39,763 nt of DNA, taken from the NCBI GenBank assembly GCA_001773295.1, contig MEWG01000022.1, positions 1-39,763 on the forward strand, written 5' to 3'. The stretch comes from a candidate division WWE3 bacterium RIFOXYD1_FULL_39_9 (lineage in GTDB: Bacteria > Patescibacteriota > WWE3 > UBA101185 > UBA10185). The notes under the pieces were generated by a model that worked only from the letters and a program-made list of their open reading frames with translations, made no database searches and was not told the origin of the DNA. This document shows positions 16,484-25,759 of this stretch, piece by piece. The first letter of the stretch is position 1, and each line of letters begins with the position of its first letter. Made by a program: the position numbers and the translations under genes.

Positions 16484-17701
16484 ATGTTAAAGTCGTACAA
16501 ATCGTTGTTCAAAATATCTCTAATAAGTACGGGTAATATTTTTAACTCCTTAATAGGCTTTGTCTATCTAACTGCCGCGGCAAAGTTTCTTACTCTTGAG
16601 GACTTTGGAAGATACAGTTTAATCACAAGTTTATTAGTTTCAATTTCGAAGCTTGTAGATTTTGGGACTAATTCTTTATTTGTTGCCAAATCTATCTCCA
16701 ATGAAGACAAAGAAATCTCGGACTTTTTTTATACTCTAAAAATTCTGCTGTTTTTTATAACTATTCCTATCTCGCTTCTCGCATTAAACATTCTTAAAGT
16801 TTTTGATCTTACAACATTTGTGCTTTTTGTTATCGGTTTAATTGCTTACACAATTAATTACACGTTTTATGCGATTTTTCAAAAAAACGAAAAATATGTT
16901 CAACTTATTTTGCTAAACACCATACCTGCAATTATTAAAGCTTTGTCAGCCGGTGGATTATTCTTAGGTCTGATCAAACCTGAAATAAATACACTTTTTG
17001 GAATTTTCGGTATGTCCATTCTGTCCAGTGTTCTGTTGCTACCGTTCATACCCAATAATTTAAGGAAATTTAAATTTCATGTCGGTAACTCAATTAAACT
17101 TCTAAGAGAGGCGCTCTCTCCGGGTCTTTCCTTGTTAATATATGAGGCCTGGCCGGCAATAAATAACGCTATTGCAAAGCTTTCAAGCGGTTTTGCAGAT
17201 GTTGGTGTATTTTCTTTGGCAAGTAAAATATCCAACGTGTTTTCCTTAATTTCTCTCTCGATATTTACAGTTCTGCTTCCAAAAAACGCTGAACGTAAAA
17301 GGGATAAACTTAGATATGACTTCAAAGAAACCATTTTATTATCAGTTCTTCTTTTAGTTCTTTCTTTTGCTGCAATTGTTGTCTCTGAATTGTTTATTCA
17401 AATTGTTTTTGGAAATAAATTTGAAGGCTCGCTTGGTTTGCTTGATATGTTAATTTTTGCAAGTGCGGTGACGGCAATTCAAAACTTTGTGGAAAATTAC
17501 TTTTATGTGGAGCAGCAGACAAAATATCTCGGTGGCATTAACACAACAAGATTACTTATGTTCCTTGTTTTTGCATTAGTACTAATTCCATCGTTACATT
17601 TAAAAGGACTTGCGCTTTCAAATCTTCTTTCAGCAATCATAGGAGTTGCAATCACCTCGCTAGTAATAAGGAAGTTAGAATCGAACCAACCCGCGATTTA
17701 G
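16484..17701 (+). CDS. wzx: Wzx-type polysaccharide flippase (MOP superfamily, Polysacc_synt-like)
   Basis: About 405 aa and hydrophobic throughout. The N-terminal pattern (SLISTGNIFNSLIGFVYLTAAAKFLTLEDFGRYSLITSL...DFGTNSLFVAKSI) is typical of O-unit flippases. The ORF track starts at TTG 16448; I prefer the ATG at 16484. Confidence 0.75.
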   Translation: MLKSYKSLFKISLISTGNIFNSLIGFVYLTAAAKFLTLEDFGRYSLITSLLVSISKLVDFGTNSLFVAKSISNEDKEISDFFYTLKILLFFITIPISLLALNILKVFDLTTFVLFVIGLIAYTINYTFYAIFQKNEKYVQLILLNTIPAIIKALSAGGLFLGLIKPEINTLFGIFGMSILSSVLLLPFIPNNLRKFKFHVGNSIKLLREALSPGLSLLIYEAWPAINNAIAKLSSGFADVGVFSLASKISNVFSLISLSIFTVLLPKNAERKRDKLRYDFKETILLSVLLLVLSFAAIVVSELFIQIVFGNKFEGSLGLLDMLIFASAVTAIQNFVENYFYVEQQTKYLGGINTTRLLMFLVFALVLIPSLHLKGLALSNLLSAIIGVAITSLVIRKLESNQPAI

Positions 17702-20556
17702 AATTTCACACCTGGGATTTTACCGGCTGCCTCTAATTCGGAAGGTAAATACCACAAAACCCAATCTCCATCTTCTTTTATAACAATCGGTTTATAACCA
17801 TATCCCTCAACCTTTTCACTATATCTGCCTTTCTTGGTCACTAGAATCAATCGCTCTGTTTCTTTAGCAACTTCCGGCACTCTCGATCCCACATCTGGTA
17901 CAAAATCGATAATCGTAAACGGGCTGTCAGTATAGAAAAGTGCCAACGGAACTTCAATTCTGTCTAGAAATACCTGTTCTTTAGTTCCAAAAACCTTGTC
18001 TTTATGTACCATTAGTCTGGCCTGTGAACCGGTTAAATCTGAGGTATAAACAAGCTTCCTATTCAAGAATAAGTAAAACAACGAAGAAACAGTAATCACA
18101 TAAATCAACAGTGCTTTTACAACAACAGAATCATACTTTGGATATCTTCTGAAAAACCAACTCATTGAGTCCGTAATAAATCTTCCAATAATAATAGCTG
18201 CTACCGGATATATCGGCGTGATGTACCACACAAGCTTGGATTGCGCAGCTGAGAAAAATGTAAAGACAAATATTAACCAGACTGCTAAGAATATTGAAAC
18301 GCGCTCTTTGTACTTTACGATCTTATAGAATAAGTAGACCAACGAAGGAATTAAAATTACAAACCATACTCTCATACTTACTTTCAACACAATCAAATAC
18401 CAATAAAACGGCCTGCCCTTATCTTCTATGGCACTAAATGCTCTGTCGAAAACGTGGTAGCCGATATAGTTATCTACAAAACTTACTCCGTAAAGCTGAT
18501 ACATTCTAATATGCCAAGGAAGTGCGATTGCTAAACTTCCGAGCAAAAATATGAGTAGTCCGTTAACGGCTGATCTATCAAACTTTTTGTTAATGATAAT
18601 TTGTACTAACTCAAATACAAAAACAACCGCAAATGGAATAAATCCGACTACGCCTTTTGTCATAACCGCTAATCCCATGAACAGACCTGATATTAGATAC
18701 GCTACCCACGCGCGCGACGGTTTCCAACAATAATACAAATAAAGTGCTGTTAGTATAAAAAAGCCGCAAGTTACGTCCAACATTGAAGCCCGTGAGTAAT
18801 ATAAAAATTGAGCTGTTGTTGCAATCGATAAAGCCGCAAGAAACGCCGATGTTTTATTAAAAATGCGTTTTGCGAAGATATAAGTAAAAACAATCGTTAA
18901 AATACCGAAAATTGCAGAAGGTAGCCTTACCGCTAAACTAGTGTATCCAAGCAGCTTCATAGATCCGGCAGCCATCCACATATATAAAGCAGGCTTCTCG
19001 TACCATTCCTTATCCGTCCACCATCTCTGAGTAATATAATCGCCCGTCGTGATCATGTTTTTGGCAATTTTTGAGTAGATTGCCTCATCCCAAGGTATGA
19101 GATGTGTGGAATTTAGCCCGATACCAATCAAAGTAACTGAGATAATCAAAATAGTAATGACTGCAAGTTTATTAGACCTTATGAATACAGATAAAACCTC
19201 TCTCAACGAAGATTGGGATTTCACAACGTTTAAGCCGTAAAGATAAAAAAGAACTATAACAATCCAAAAAAACTCTGAGTTAAATGAATAAAATATTCCA
19301 CCTATCATCCAGCCTATCAGAACAGAGAACATCGCAGTCGATAGAAGAGATTTTTCCAAGGTCTGACCGTGAAGCGCACCGTATAACAAAACTGCACTTA
19401 ACACAAAAATTAAGAGGGCGTACGTGGACAGTCCTAAGATACCTGTTTCTGCAATCAACTCTCCCCAAATTGTATGGGCAGGCACTCTTGTATTTAATCC
19501 GGCAGGATCTCTACTAAAATAAACTGGAGCAATTTTAGTTTTATTAAAATGTTCAAAAAAACCTCCGTACCCACCGCCCAAAATTGGATATGCTTCAAAT
19601 ATTTGGTATGTGCCGGTAAGTAACAAAATATGTGAATCAAAAGAATCAAGTCGATAGTGGAAATATTGTTTTACTTTCGCTCTAAAAGGACTAGCCTTAT
19701 TCATGTACTCAATAACAAGAGGAGTACTCATCAAAATCAGGGAGAGAATCACAAGACCGATACCTTTTAAGCCAATCTTCCTGTACAAAAATAAAGACAC
19801 AAAGACAATTAGAGCAACGGCGTCGATGATCCAAGCGGTTCTGGAATTTGTAAGAAGCAGGCTAACTACAAAAGATACCGAAACTACAGCAAAAAAAAGC
19901 TTGCTCTTAACCTTCCTTTCTGTAAGAACAAGAACACAGGCAATAGGTAATAAGGCAGCTAACAACGATCCGTAGTGATTAACATCCCAGAAAGTCGAGC
20001 CTATCCTTGGAATGTTACCAGGAATATTCCACAACGCGCCAATTATTTTTCCTGTCGTTTCGTATAAGAAATATTGGAAGTAACCGAACAAAGTCAGCAA
20101 AAATACAATGACTATATAAAACTTCAGATGTTTGAGAATAAGTTCCTGTCTTTCAGAATAAAAGTTTTTTAGATATACGGCTAAAACAACAACTGTAGAA
20201 AAAAACCCATATAATAGAACAGATGATTTGAGATTCCACGAAAAAAATATTGAAAGTCCCCGAATTGCCCACAGTAAAATTAGTAAAATCAAAACCGGGT
20301 CGTTCAACAGCTCTTTAACTTTGGCGATGTCTTTTTTTATAAAAAGTAAATACACCAACGTAGCAACTCCTGCGGCCAGAAGTGAAAACATAAAGGCTCT
20401 AATTGGCATAAGATCCCAAATAAAGAAACTAAACAGCTCTTTGTGAAGTAAAACCGAAAGAACAAACAAAACTAAAACAGCAATATCAAATCTTTTAACA
20501 ATCAGAATATAAGAGATGATGAATATTAGGGCTATTGAAACAATTTCTAGGTTCAT
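17698..20556 (-). CDS. fusion protein: N-terminal Wzy_C (O-antigen ligase/polymerase-like) domain plus C-terminal PMT_2/ArnT-like GT-C glycosyltransferase domain
   Basis: Residues about 1-450 (19210-20556) carry RIGSTFWDVNHYGSLL, TNSRTAWI, YPILGGGYGGF and AHTIWGELIAETGILG, the Wzy_C hallmarks. Residues about 460-952 (17701-19180) carry WDEAIYSKIAKNM..TGDYI...WYEKPALYMW...RLPSAIFG, the GT39/GT83 PMT_2 hallmarks. I verified that WDEAIY maps to 19075-19092. Confidence 0.8.
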   Translation of the reverse strand: MNLEIVSIALIFIISYILIVKRFDIAVLVLFVLSVLLHKELFSFFIWDLMPIRAFMFSLLAAGVATLVYLLFIKKDIAKVKELLNDPVLILLILLWAIRGLSIFFSWNLKSSVLLYGFFSTVVVLAVYLKNFYSERQELILKHLKFYIVIVFLLTLFGYFQYFLYETTGKIIGALWNIPGNIPRIGSTFWDVNHYGSLLAALLPIACVLVLTERKVKSKLFFAVVSVSFVVSLLLTNSRTAWIIDAVALIVFVSLFLYRKIGLKGIGLVILSLILMSTPLVIEYMNKASPFRAKVKQYFHYRLDSFDSHILLLTGTYQIFEAYPILGGGYGGFFEHFNKTKIAPVYFSRDPAGLNTRVPAHTIWGELIAETGILGLSTYALLIFVLSAVLLYGALHGQTLEKSLLSTAMFSVLIGWMIGGIFYSFNSEFFWIVIVLFYLYGLNVVKSQSSLREVLSVFIRSNKLAVITILIISVTLIGIGLNSTHLIPWDEAIYSKIAKNMITTGDYITQRWWTDKEWYEKPALYMWMAAGSMKLLGYTSLAVRLPSAIFGILTIVFTYIFAKRIFNKTSAFLAALSIATTAQFLYYSRASMLDVTCGFFILTALYLYYCWKPSRAWVAYLISGLFMGLAVMTKGVVGFIPFAVVFVFELVQIIINKKFDRSAVNGLLIFLLGSLAIALPWHIRMYQLYGVSFVDNYIGYHVFDRAFSAIEDKGRPFYWYLIVLKVSMRVWFVILIPSLVYLFYKIVKYKERVSIFLAVWLIFVFTFFSAAQSKLVWYITPIYPVAAIIIGRFITDSMSWFFRRYPKYDSVVVKALLIYVITVSSLFYLFLNRKLVYTSDLTGSQARLMVHKDKVFGTKEQVFLDRIEVPLALFYTDSPFTIIDFVPDVGSRVPEVAKETERLILVTKKGRYSEKVEGYGYKPIVIKEDGDWVLWYLPSELEAAGKIPGVKF

Positions 20557-21689
20557 CTGGTAGATAATAACTTATTATATATTTCTAACGTCTTTTGGGC
20601 AGCATTTTCCCATGTATATTCTTGCTTAGTGTGTTCATCTACAACCGGTCGCGGCGCGTAAAACTCTCTCTTCAATGCGGTTTTAATAGAATCAATGTCC
20701 CCGGGGTCGCAATATGACGCCATTTCACCTAGATACTCTCGAGCTCTATCCCCTGAAGCGACCGCGTTCGCACCGCTTAGAATAGCTTCAAGACTTGTCA
20801 AACCGGTTGTTTCAAACCAACTGGCGGAAACACCGACTTTAGCAAAATGGTAGAAAGATGGCATATCCGCGTAAGGAACTGAATGTATATGTGTAATCCA
20901 CGGATTAGAAGATAAAGCTAAGTTAAATTTCCAATTATACTCAAAATGTTTATTTCCCGATTTGCTCCCTATAATAACTAACCTCAGGTCCTCTTTAGTC
21001 TCTTTTCTGAGTCTGGACACCGCTTCTATAATACTGAGCTGATTTTTTCTCGGCTCTACCCTACCGACACATATTATGTAATTCGAAAAACCAAGAGTAT
21101 TCGCATACTCACTTGAAGTTAAAAAGTTCTTGGAGACACCGTTACACACTTTAGCCCAGGAAAAATCTACGTTATAAGTATTTTTAAGATCTTCCGCTTC
21201 TCTAGTTGTTTGAACCAAAACGTAATCGGCCATTTGCAAAGTCTTCCTATGCATATTTTTAAAACCCAAAAAAATAGTTTTGAGAGTTGTGATGAATAAT
21301 TTGGGTTCAAATATTGATCTGTAGACGTCTTTAAAAACATCTCTGTGAAATTGATCTTTGAACAAAACTTTTGAAATTCTTCTAAAATCAAAAACGTACT
21401 CATTATCAAATCGCTGTACTTCTCTGACGCTGTGATGTATTGGGGACAAAACTAACGGTTTGCCGACTTTTTTAGCTCTCTGCGCCTGAAAATACGAGTC
21501 CGGATTCCAATCCAGCTGAAAAATATGAACTAGATCGTAACCTGAATAATCTACCTTGCTGTCATTTCCCAAACTTATATCTACACCGATACGTAACTTT
21601 CTCAACTCTTCGGCAGTGTTCTCAATCTGTATTCTATCTCCGCCAAGTCTATTTAATAGACCGCTGCGGCCTAGCAATAGCACTTTCAT
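20553..21689 (-). CDS. GT-B fold glycosyltransferase (GT4-like)
   Basis: MKVLLLGRSG...GGDRIQ, VGRVEPRKN and FETTGLTSLEAILSGANAVAS. There are 4-nt overlaps or 3-nt gaps with both neighbours. Confidence 0.8.
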   Translation of the reverse strand: MKVLLLGRSGLLNRLGGDRIQIENTAEELRKLRIGVDISLGNDSKVDYSGYDLVHIFQLDWNPDSYFQAQRAKKVGKPLVLSPIHHSVREVQRFDNEYVFDFRRISKVLFKDQFHRDVFKDVYRSIFEPKLFITTLKTIFLGFKNMHRKTLQMADYVLVQTTREAEDLKNTYNVDFSWAKVCNGVSKNFLTSSEYANTLGFSNYIICVGRVEPRKNQLSIIEAVSRLRKETKEDLRLVIIGSKSGNKHFEYNWKFNLALSSNPWITHIHSVPYADMPSFYHFAKVGVSASWFETTGLTSLEAILSGANAVASGDRAREYLGEMASYCDPGDIDSIKTALKREFYAPRPVVDEHTKQEYTWENAAQKTLEIYNKLLSTR

Positions 21690-21692
21690 GAT

Positions 21693-22838
21693 TTATTGAG
21701 CCTCCCTATATAACATCTCGTATTTATCAACAAATTTTTCCAAAGAATATTCATTCTTAACTCTATTATAAGCTTCATCTAAAACATAATTTTGAGATTT
21801 GAAAAGCTTGTATGTTTCGACAATTTTTATATAGAGATCGTCCATATCGCCGGTTTTAAAATATTTAACGGTATTTCCGGCGACCTCTTTTAATACTTCT
21901 AAGTCGCTACACACAACCGGATGTCTGGAGCTCATAGCCTCCACAAGCACGTAACCGAAACCTTCCGCAAGTGTAGGGAAAACAAACAGATCAATTGTTG
22001 CGTAAAATTTAACGTGATCCTCCTCATTAAATACTCCGGTAATAATTACTTTGTCGGCAATTCCTAAATTCTTAGTTAAATCTCTAAGTTCATTTTCCAA
22101 AACACCTCCACCTGCTAGTAACAAATAAAAATTATCTGAAATGTCACCGGACTTAACAAGTTTTGCAAAGGCGTTGATCAATATACTGTGTCCTTTCTCT
22201 TGCGACATGCGACTAACATTTCCTAAGATAAACGCACTGGATGGTACTTTGTAGCGTTGTAAAATTTCTTGTCGATACTCTCCAGAGCGCGATTGAAGAT
22301 CCTCATATTTTCTTAGATCTATCCCGTTATGAATAACTCTTAGTTTTTTTGGACGTATGCCTTCTTTTATTTTTACTGTTTTTCTTGATTCTGTTAAGGC
22401 AATTTCCGAAAAAGATAAAAGATTCACTAAAAAGGAGTACCAGAAAATAACAAAAGGTCTGATTAATCTCTTTACTGGAACGGACTCTTCCCACTCGGAA
22501 ATTGGTGTGTGCACATGAGTAATTCTGGCCCTAACTCCGGCAATTGAAGCTGCTAATAAAGCGTTAGAAGCCGCCTTCAGCTCGTGCGAATGTACAACTT
22601 GTATCTTATGTTTCTTCAAAAAAATTATAAGCTCAAGAATATAAAACGGGTCGATATCAAAATGTAATTTCTTAATAAAAACTCTGGCACCTTTACTTTT
22701 GTACGCATCAACAAGCTCTCCTTCTCGGCACCACACAAAGACAAAATGTCCTTTTGCCACCATACCCTCGACCAAATCAAGAACATGCTTTTCCATGCCG
22801 CCAAAATTACCTGAGTCTAATGTATATAAAATATTCAC
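21693..22838 (-). CDS. GT-B fold glycosyltransferase (GT4-like)
   Basis: MNILYTLDSGNFGGMEKHVLDL (GT4 N-terminal domain), VSRMSQEKG and AEGFGYVLVEAMSSRHPVVCSDLEVLKEV (E-x7-E). Confidence 0.85.
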   Translation of the reverse strand: MNILYTLDSGNFGGMEKHVLDLVEGMVAKGHFVFVWCREGELVDAYKSKGARVFIKKLHFDIDPFYILELIIFLKKHKIQVVHSHELKAASNALLAASIAGVRARITHVHTPISEWEESVPVKRLIRPFVIFWYSFLVNLLSFSEIALTESRKTVKIKEGIRPKKLRVIHNGIDLRKYEDLQSRSGEYRQEILQRYKVPSSAFILGNVSRMSQEKGHSILINAFAKLVKSGDISDNFYLLLAGGGVLENELRDLTKNLGIADKVIITGVFNEEDHVKFYATIDLFVFPTLAEGFGYVLVEAMSSRHPVVCSDLEVLKEVAGNTVKYFKTGDMDDLYIKIVETYKLFKSQNYVLDEAYNRVKNEYSLEKFVDKYEMLYREAQ

Positions 22839-24040
22839 TTTTTCTTAAACTCCAAATCTATAAGTTCGAGAAGATTGCTAACTTTTCCGGTCCAACTATT
22901 TTCTTTTGCAACTTTTTGACGTTCCTTTATTCGGACATCATTATCCTCCTCTAAGGCTAGTCGAATATTTTGCACAAACTCATTATGACTCTTCGAGATA
23001 TAGCAAACATCTTCAAACGGTTGGTAGGCAGGGAGGTCTGTGACAACCACCGGAAGTCCGGCGGCCAATCCTTCGTGGAATTTAACCGGAAAACATCCTC
23101 CCACGGTATAGTCATTCAATTGATAAGGAATAATGTAAACGTCAAAGCCTGCAAAGTAGTCCGGCATCTTTTTGTAGGGCTTGGTTCCCAAAAAATATAC
23201 GTTACCAAGATCTGCCATACCGATCTCCTCGATAGTTCCCTCTCTATCTTTTAGCGCAATGGGGCCAATAATCACAATCGAGTAGTTTGGATATGCTGAA
23301 GCAACTTTACGCATCAACGATCGATCAAACTTGTACTCATCTATTGCACCGGTAAATGCGATCACGGGTTTTGGAATTGACTTCAAATCATCCGGAATAT
23401 TTTGTTTGTTATTTCTCGAATTTTGAAATAGTTCATAATCACCGACATTTGGCGTGTAATGTATGTTGGTATTATATTTAGAAAGTTTATCGACCAAACC
23501 CGGAGCGGTTGCAAAAACAATATCTGCACGTCGGGCCAGTATTTCCTCTTGTTTATTAACAGCAGCTTTTTTTTCTTTCGTATCGTATTTTGGAAAACCC
23601 GCGTAGTTATCTACACAATCATAAATTAATAGATCGTGCTGAATACTTTTAATATAGTTGTCTATTCCAGGAATTTCAACATTGTAAATCCACATAACTG
23701 TTCTTTGTTTTTTGGTAAACCATCTGCCTGATATCTGTCTTATTTTCCAGGCATGAATTTTTGAAAGAAAATTGTAAAATGGCAAAAAGTTTAATGGAGA
23801 AATTATTTTTACTGTCCCTTCTGAATATTCCCAAGTAAGAAGACGCCTTAAACTCCATTTTTTGTTAAGGACCTGTCTCAAAAAAAGTCTACCTGTATTT
23901 ATCGGGGGGTCCACAAATACAACGCTATGTCCCTGTTCTGCTAATCTGGTCATAACGTGCTTTTTGTTCGTCCATAAAGGATAATCCCACAGTTGATTTG
24001 AAAAACATATTATGTTGTACTTCTCATTTTGGTTGTCCAT
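22835..24040 (-). CDS. GT-B fold glycosyltransferase (TuaH-like group-1 variant)
   Basis: The N-terminus (YNIICFSNQLWDYPLWTNKKHVMTRLAEQGHSVVFVDPP) and the C-terminal FPVKFHEGLAAGLPVVVTDL (the K..EY/H..G.PVV variant of the group-1 motif). Confidence 0.7.
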   Translation of the reverse strand: MDNQNEKYNIICFSNQLWDYPLWTNKKHVMTRLAEQGHSVVFVDPPINTGRLFLRQVLNKKWSLRRLLTWEYSEGTVKIISPLNFLPFYNFLSKIHAWKIRQISGRWFTKKQRTVMWIYNVEIPGIDNYIKSIQHDLLIYDCVDNYAGFPKYDTKEKKAAVNKQEEILARRADIVFATAPGLVDKLSKYNTNIHYTPNVGDYELFQNSRNNKQNIPDDLKSIPKPVIAFTGAIDEYKFDRSLMRKVASAYPNYSIVIIGPIALKDREGTIEEIGMADLGNVYFLGTKPYKKMPDYFAGFDVYIIPYQLNDYTVGGCFPVKFHEGLAAGLPVVVTDLPAYQPFEDVCYISKSHNEFVQNIRLALEEDNDVRIKERQKVAKENSWTGKVSNLLELIDLEFKKK

Positions 24041-24055
24041 ACAATAAAAACGTTG

Positions 24056-25759
24056 TTATTCTAGCTCGCACCAGCTGCCTACATACGCCTTTTTCCCAAT
24101 TATAGAGTATAACGGAGAGAAATACATTTGGTTATACCTAAGCTCTTTTAAGTGTTTTTTAATCCTTTTGTCATCGATTAGTTTCTTGGCTTCATAGACT
24201 TTGGGATTTGGTATGAATTTTTCGATGGTCTTCTCAACCAAAATAAGCTGTTTTGTCAAAAACCAAGAGCCGTCGTCGGTGTAAGACTGGATATAACAAT
24301 CATATTCTAAACCACCCGGAATTGACTGTCCTATTCCTGTAAAATCATTTTGCTTTTTTGCTGCAAAATATTTAGTGTATGTGCCGTCTAGTTGAATCCC
24401 CAATACTATTCCGCTGTCTTGCTGAATTTTTAATGCTTGATCCCATCTCAGAGCCTGTACAGTCAGGTATTCGTAATTTAATGCAAGACTAATAAAAATA
24501 AGTAAAGCTAGACCGGTGTATGCTAATTTCGTAATTTTGAACTCTAGTTCTTTAGCATAAGTTGCCGAGATAATTAAAACCAGTACAAAAACCGGCAACA
24601 AGTATCTGTCGTACAGGTCTTTTGTAACAAGCAGCAGTAGAAACTGCAGAACGAGATTTACTAGATAAAAATTTGATGTTTTCCTGTTTTTTCCTAAGAT
24701 TTTTGTTCTATTCTTTGTAATCGTATGTATAAGCCCGACGGTTGAAATAATAATCAGCACGATCAAAAAAATTTTGAATGGCGAGTTATCAAAGATACTA
24801 AAATTACTCCTAAATCCGGATTTTGAATAAAGTTCCTCAATATAAAATACGTTTCCAAGCGGGAAAATGTCCAACAAGTAGACGTGTCTCCCTAAAACAA
24901 ACGTTACTAAGGCTGTCACAGCAATATAAACAAGCTGTCTGAATTTCTTGGTTTGTTTAACAATTTCTTTGAAAAATCGCAAATCACCCAAAAACAACGG
25001 AAGCGTAAAAAAAATAAGGTATATAAAGCTATATCCAATTTGTTGTAGCCGTGGAACAAAATCGTTAATTTCCAAAAAAAGCGCTCTACTGCTCTCGTCA
25101 GTACTACTATATCTTGGCCAAAATACCCAAATCAGTATAAAAATTAATCCGGCTAAAGATTTTACGATTAAATGCTTCCATCGTACCTTCTTTTCACCGG
25201 CAAAGTAAAAGTAAATTGCTACCGGAATCATTAAAGCAGCGCTTTGCCTGACAAGAAATGCTGCGCCGTTTAAAAGAACACCTAATAAAAAATGCGTATC
25301 AGATTTTTTTTGAAAACCTAGTTGGTAATAATACAACGATACAATTATCAGACACAGAAAATAGATCTCTGTCATAAAGGTAACTGATGAAGCAAGTACA
25401 ATGGGATTAAATGCGTACAATGCAACCAATAAAGAAATAAGTTTCTTGTTCTCTGTTAAAAGACTTAAAAGTTTAAAAAGGAAAACTACAGAAACTACAT
25501 ATACAACAAACGACAACAGATGAAGAGACTGAAAACTTAGCCCAAATATCTGCGACCAAACGTACCCTAAGAATCCTTGGAAGATGAACGCGGGCTCGAT
25601 CTGATGATTTATAATTATATTGCCATTTCGGAAGGATTCGACTTGTCTTGCAAACAGCCAATCGTCATTTATTGGAAAGTTACCTCGTCCCAATAAAAGG
25701 AACAGGAAAGTTGCTACAACAGCAAATAATGCTATTTTTGGGGTAAACATTGTGCGCAC
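24056..25759 (-). CDS. polytopic membrane protein, putative GT-C fold glycosyltransferase (family unassigned)
   Basis: 567 aa. TM1 is followed by an acidic loop (FPINDDWLFARQVE). There are many hydrophobic segments up to about residue 430, then a soluble tail of about 130 aa. This is ArnT/PMT-like architecture judged by eye only. The start is GTG 25759 or ATG 25750. Confidence 0.5.
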   Translation of the reverse strand: MRTMFTPKIALFAVVATFLFLLLGRGNFPINDDWLFARQVESFRNGNIIINHQIEPAFIFQGFLGYVWSQIFGLSFQSLHLLSFVVYVVSVVFLFKLLSLLTENKKLISLLVALYAFNPIVLASSVTFMTEIYFLCLIIVSLYYYQLGFQKKSDTHFLLGVLLNGAAFLVRQSAALMIPVAIYFYFAGEKKVRWKHLIVKSLAGLIFILIWVFWPRYSSTDESSRALFLEINDFVPRLQQIGYSFIYLIFFTLPLFLGDLRFFKEIVKQTKKFRQLVYIAVTALVTFVLGRHVYLLDIFPLGNVFYIEELYSKSGFRSNFSIFDNSPFKIFLIVLIIISTVGLIHTITKNRTKILGKNRKTSNFYLVNLVLQFLLLLVTKDLYDRYLLPVFVLVLIISATYAKELEFKITKLAYTGLALLIFISLALNYEYLTVQALRWDQALKIQQDSGIVLGIQLDGTYTKYFAAKKQNDFTGIGQSIPGGLEYDCYIQSYTDDGSWFLTKQLILVEKTIEKFIPNPKVYEAKKLIDDKRIKKHLKELRYNQMYFSPLYSIIGKKAYVGSWCELE

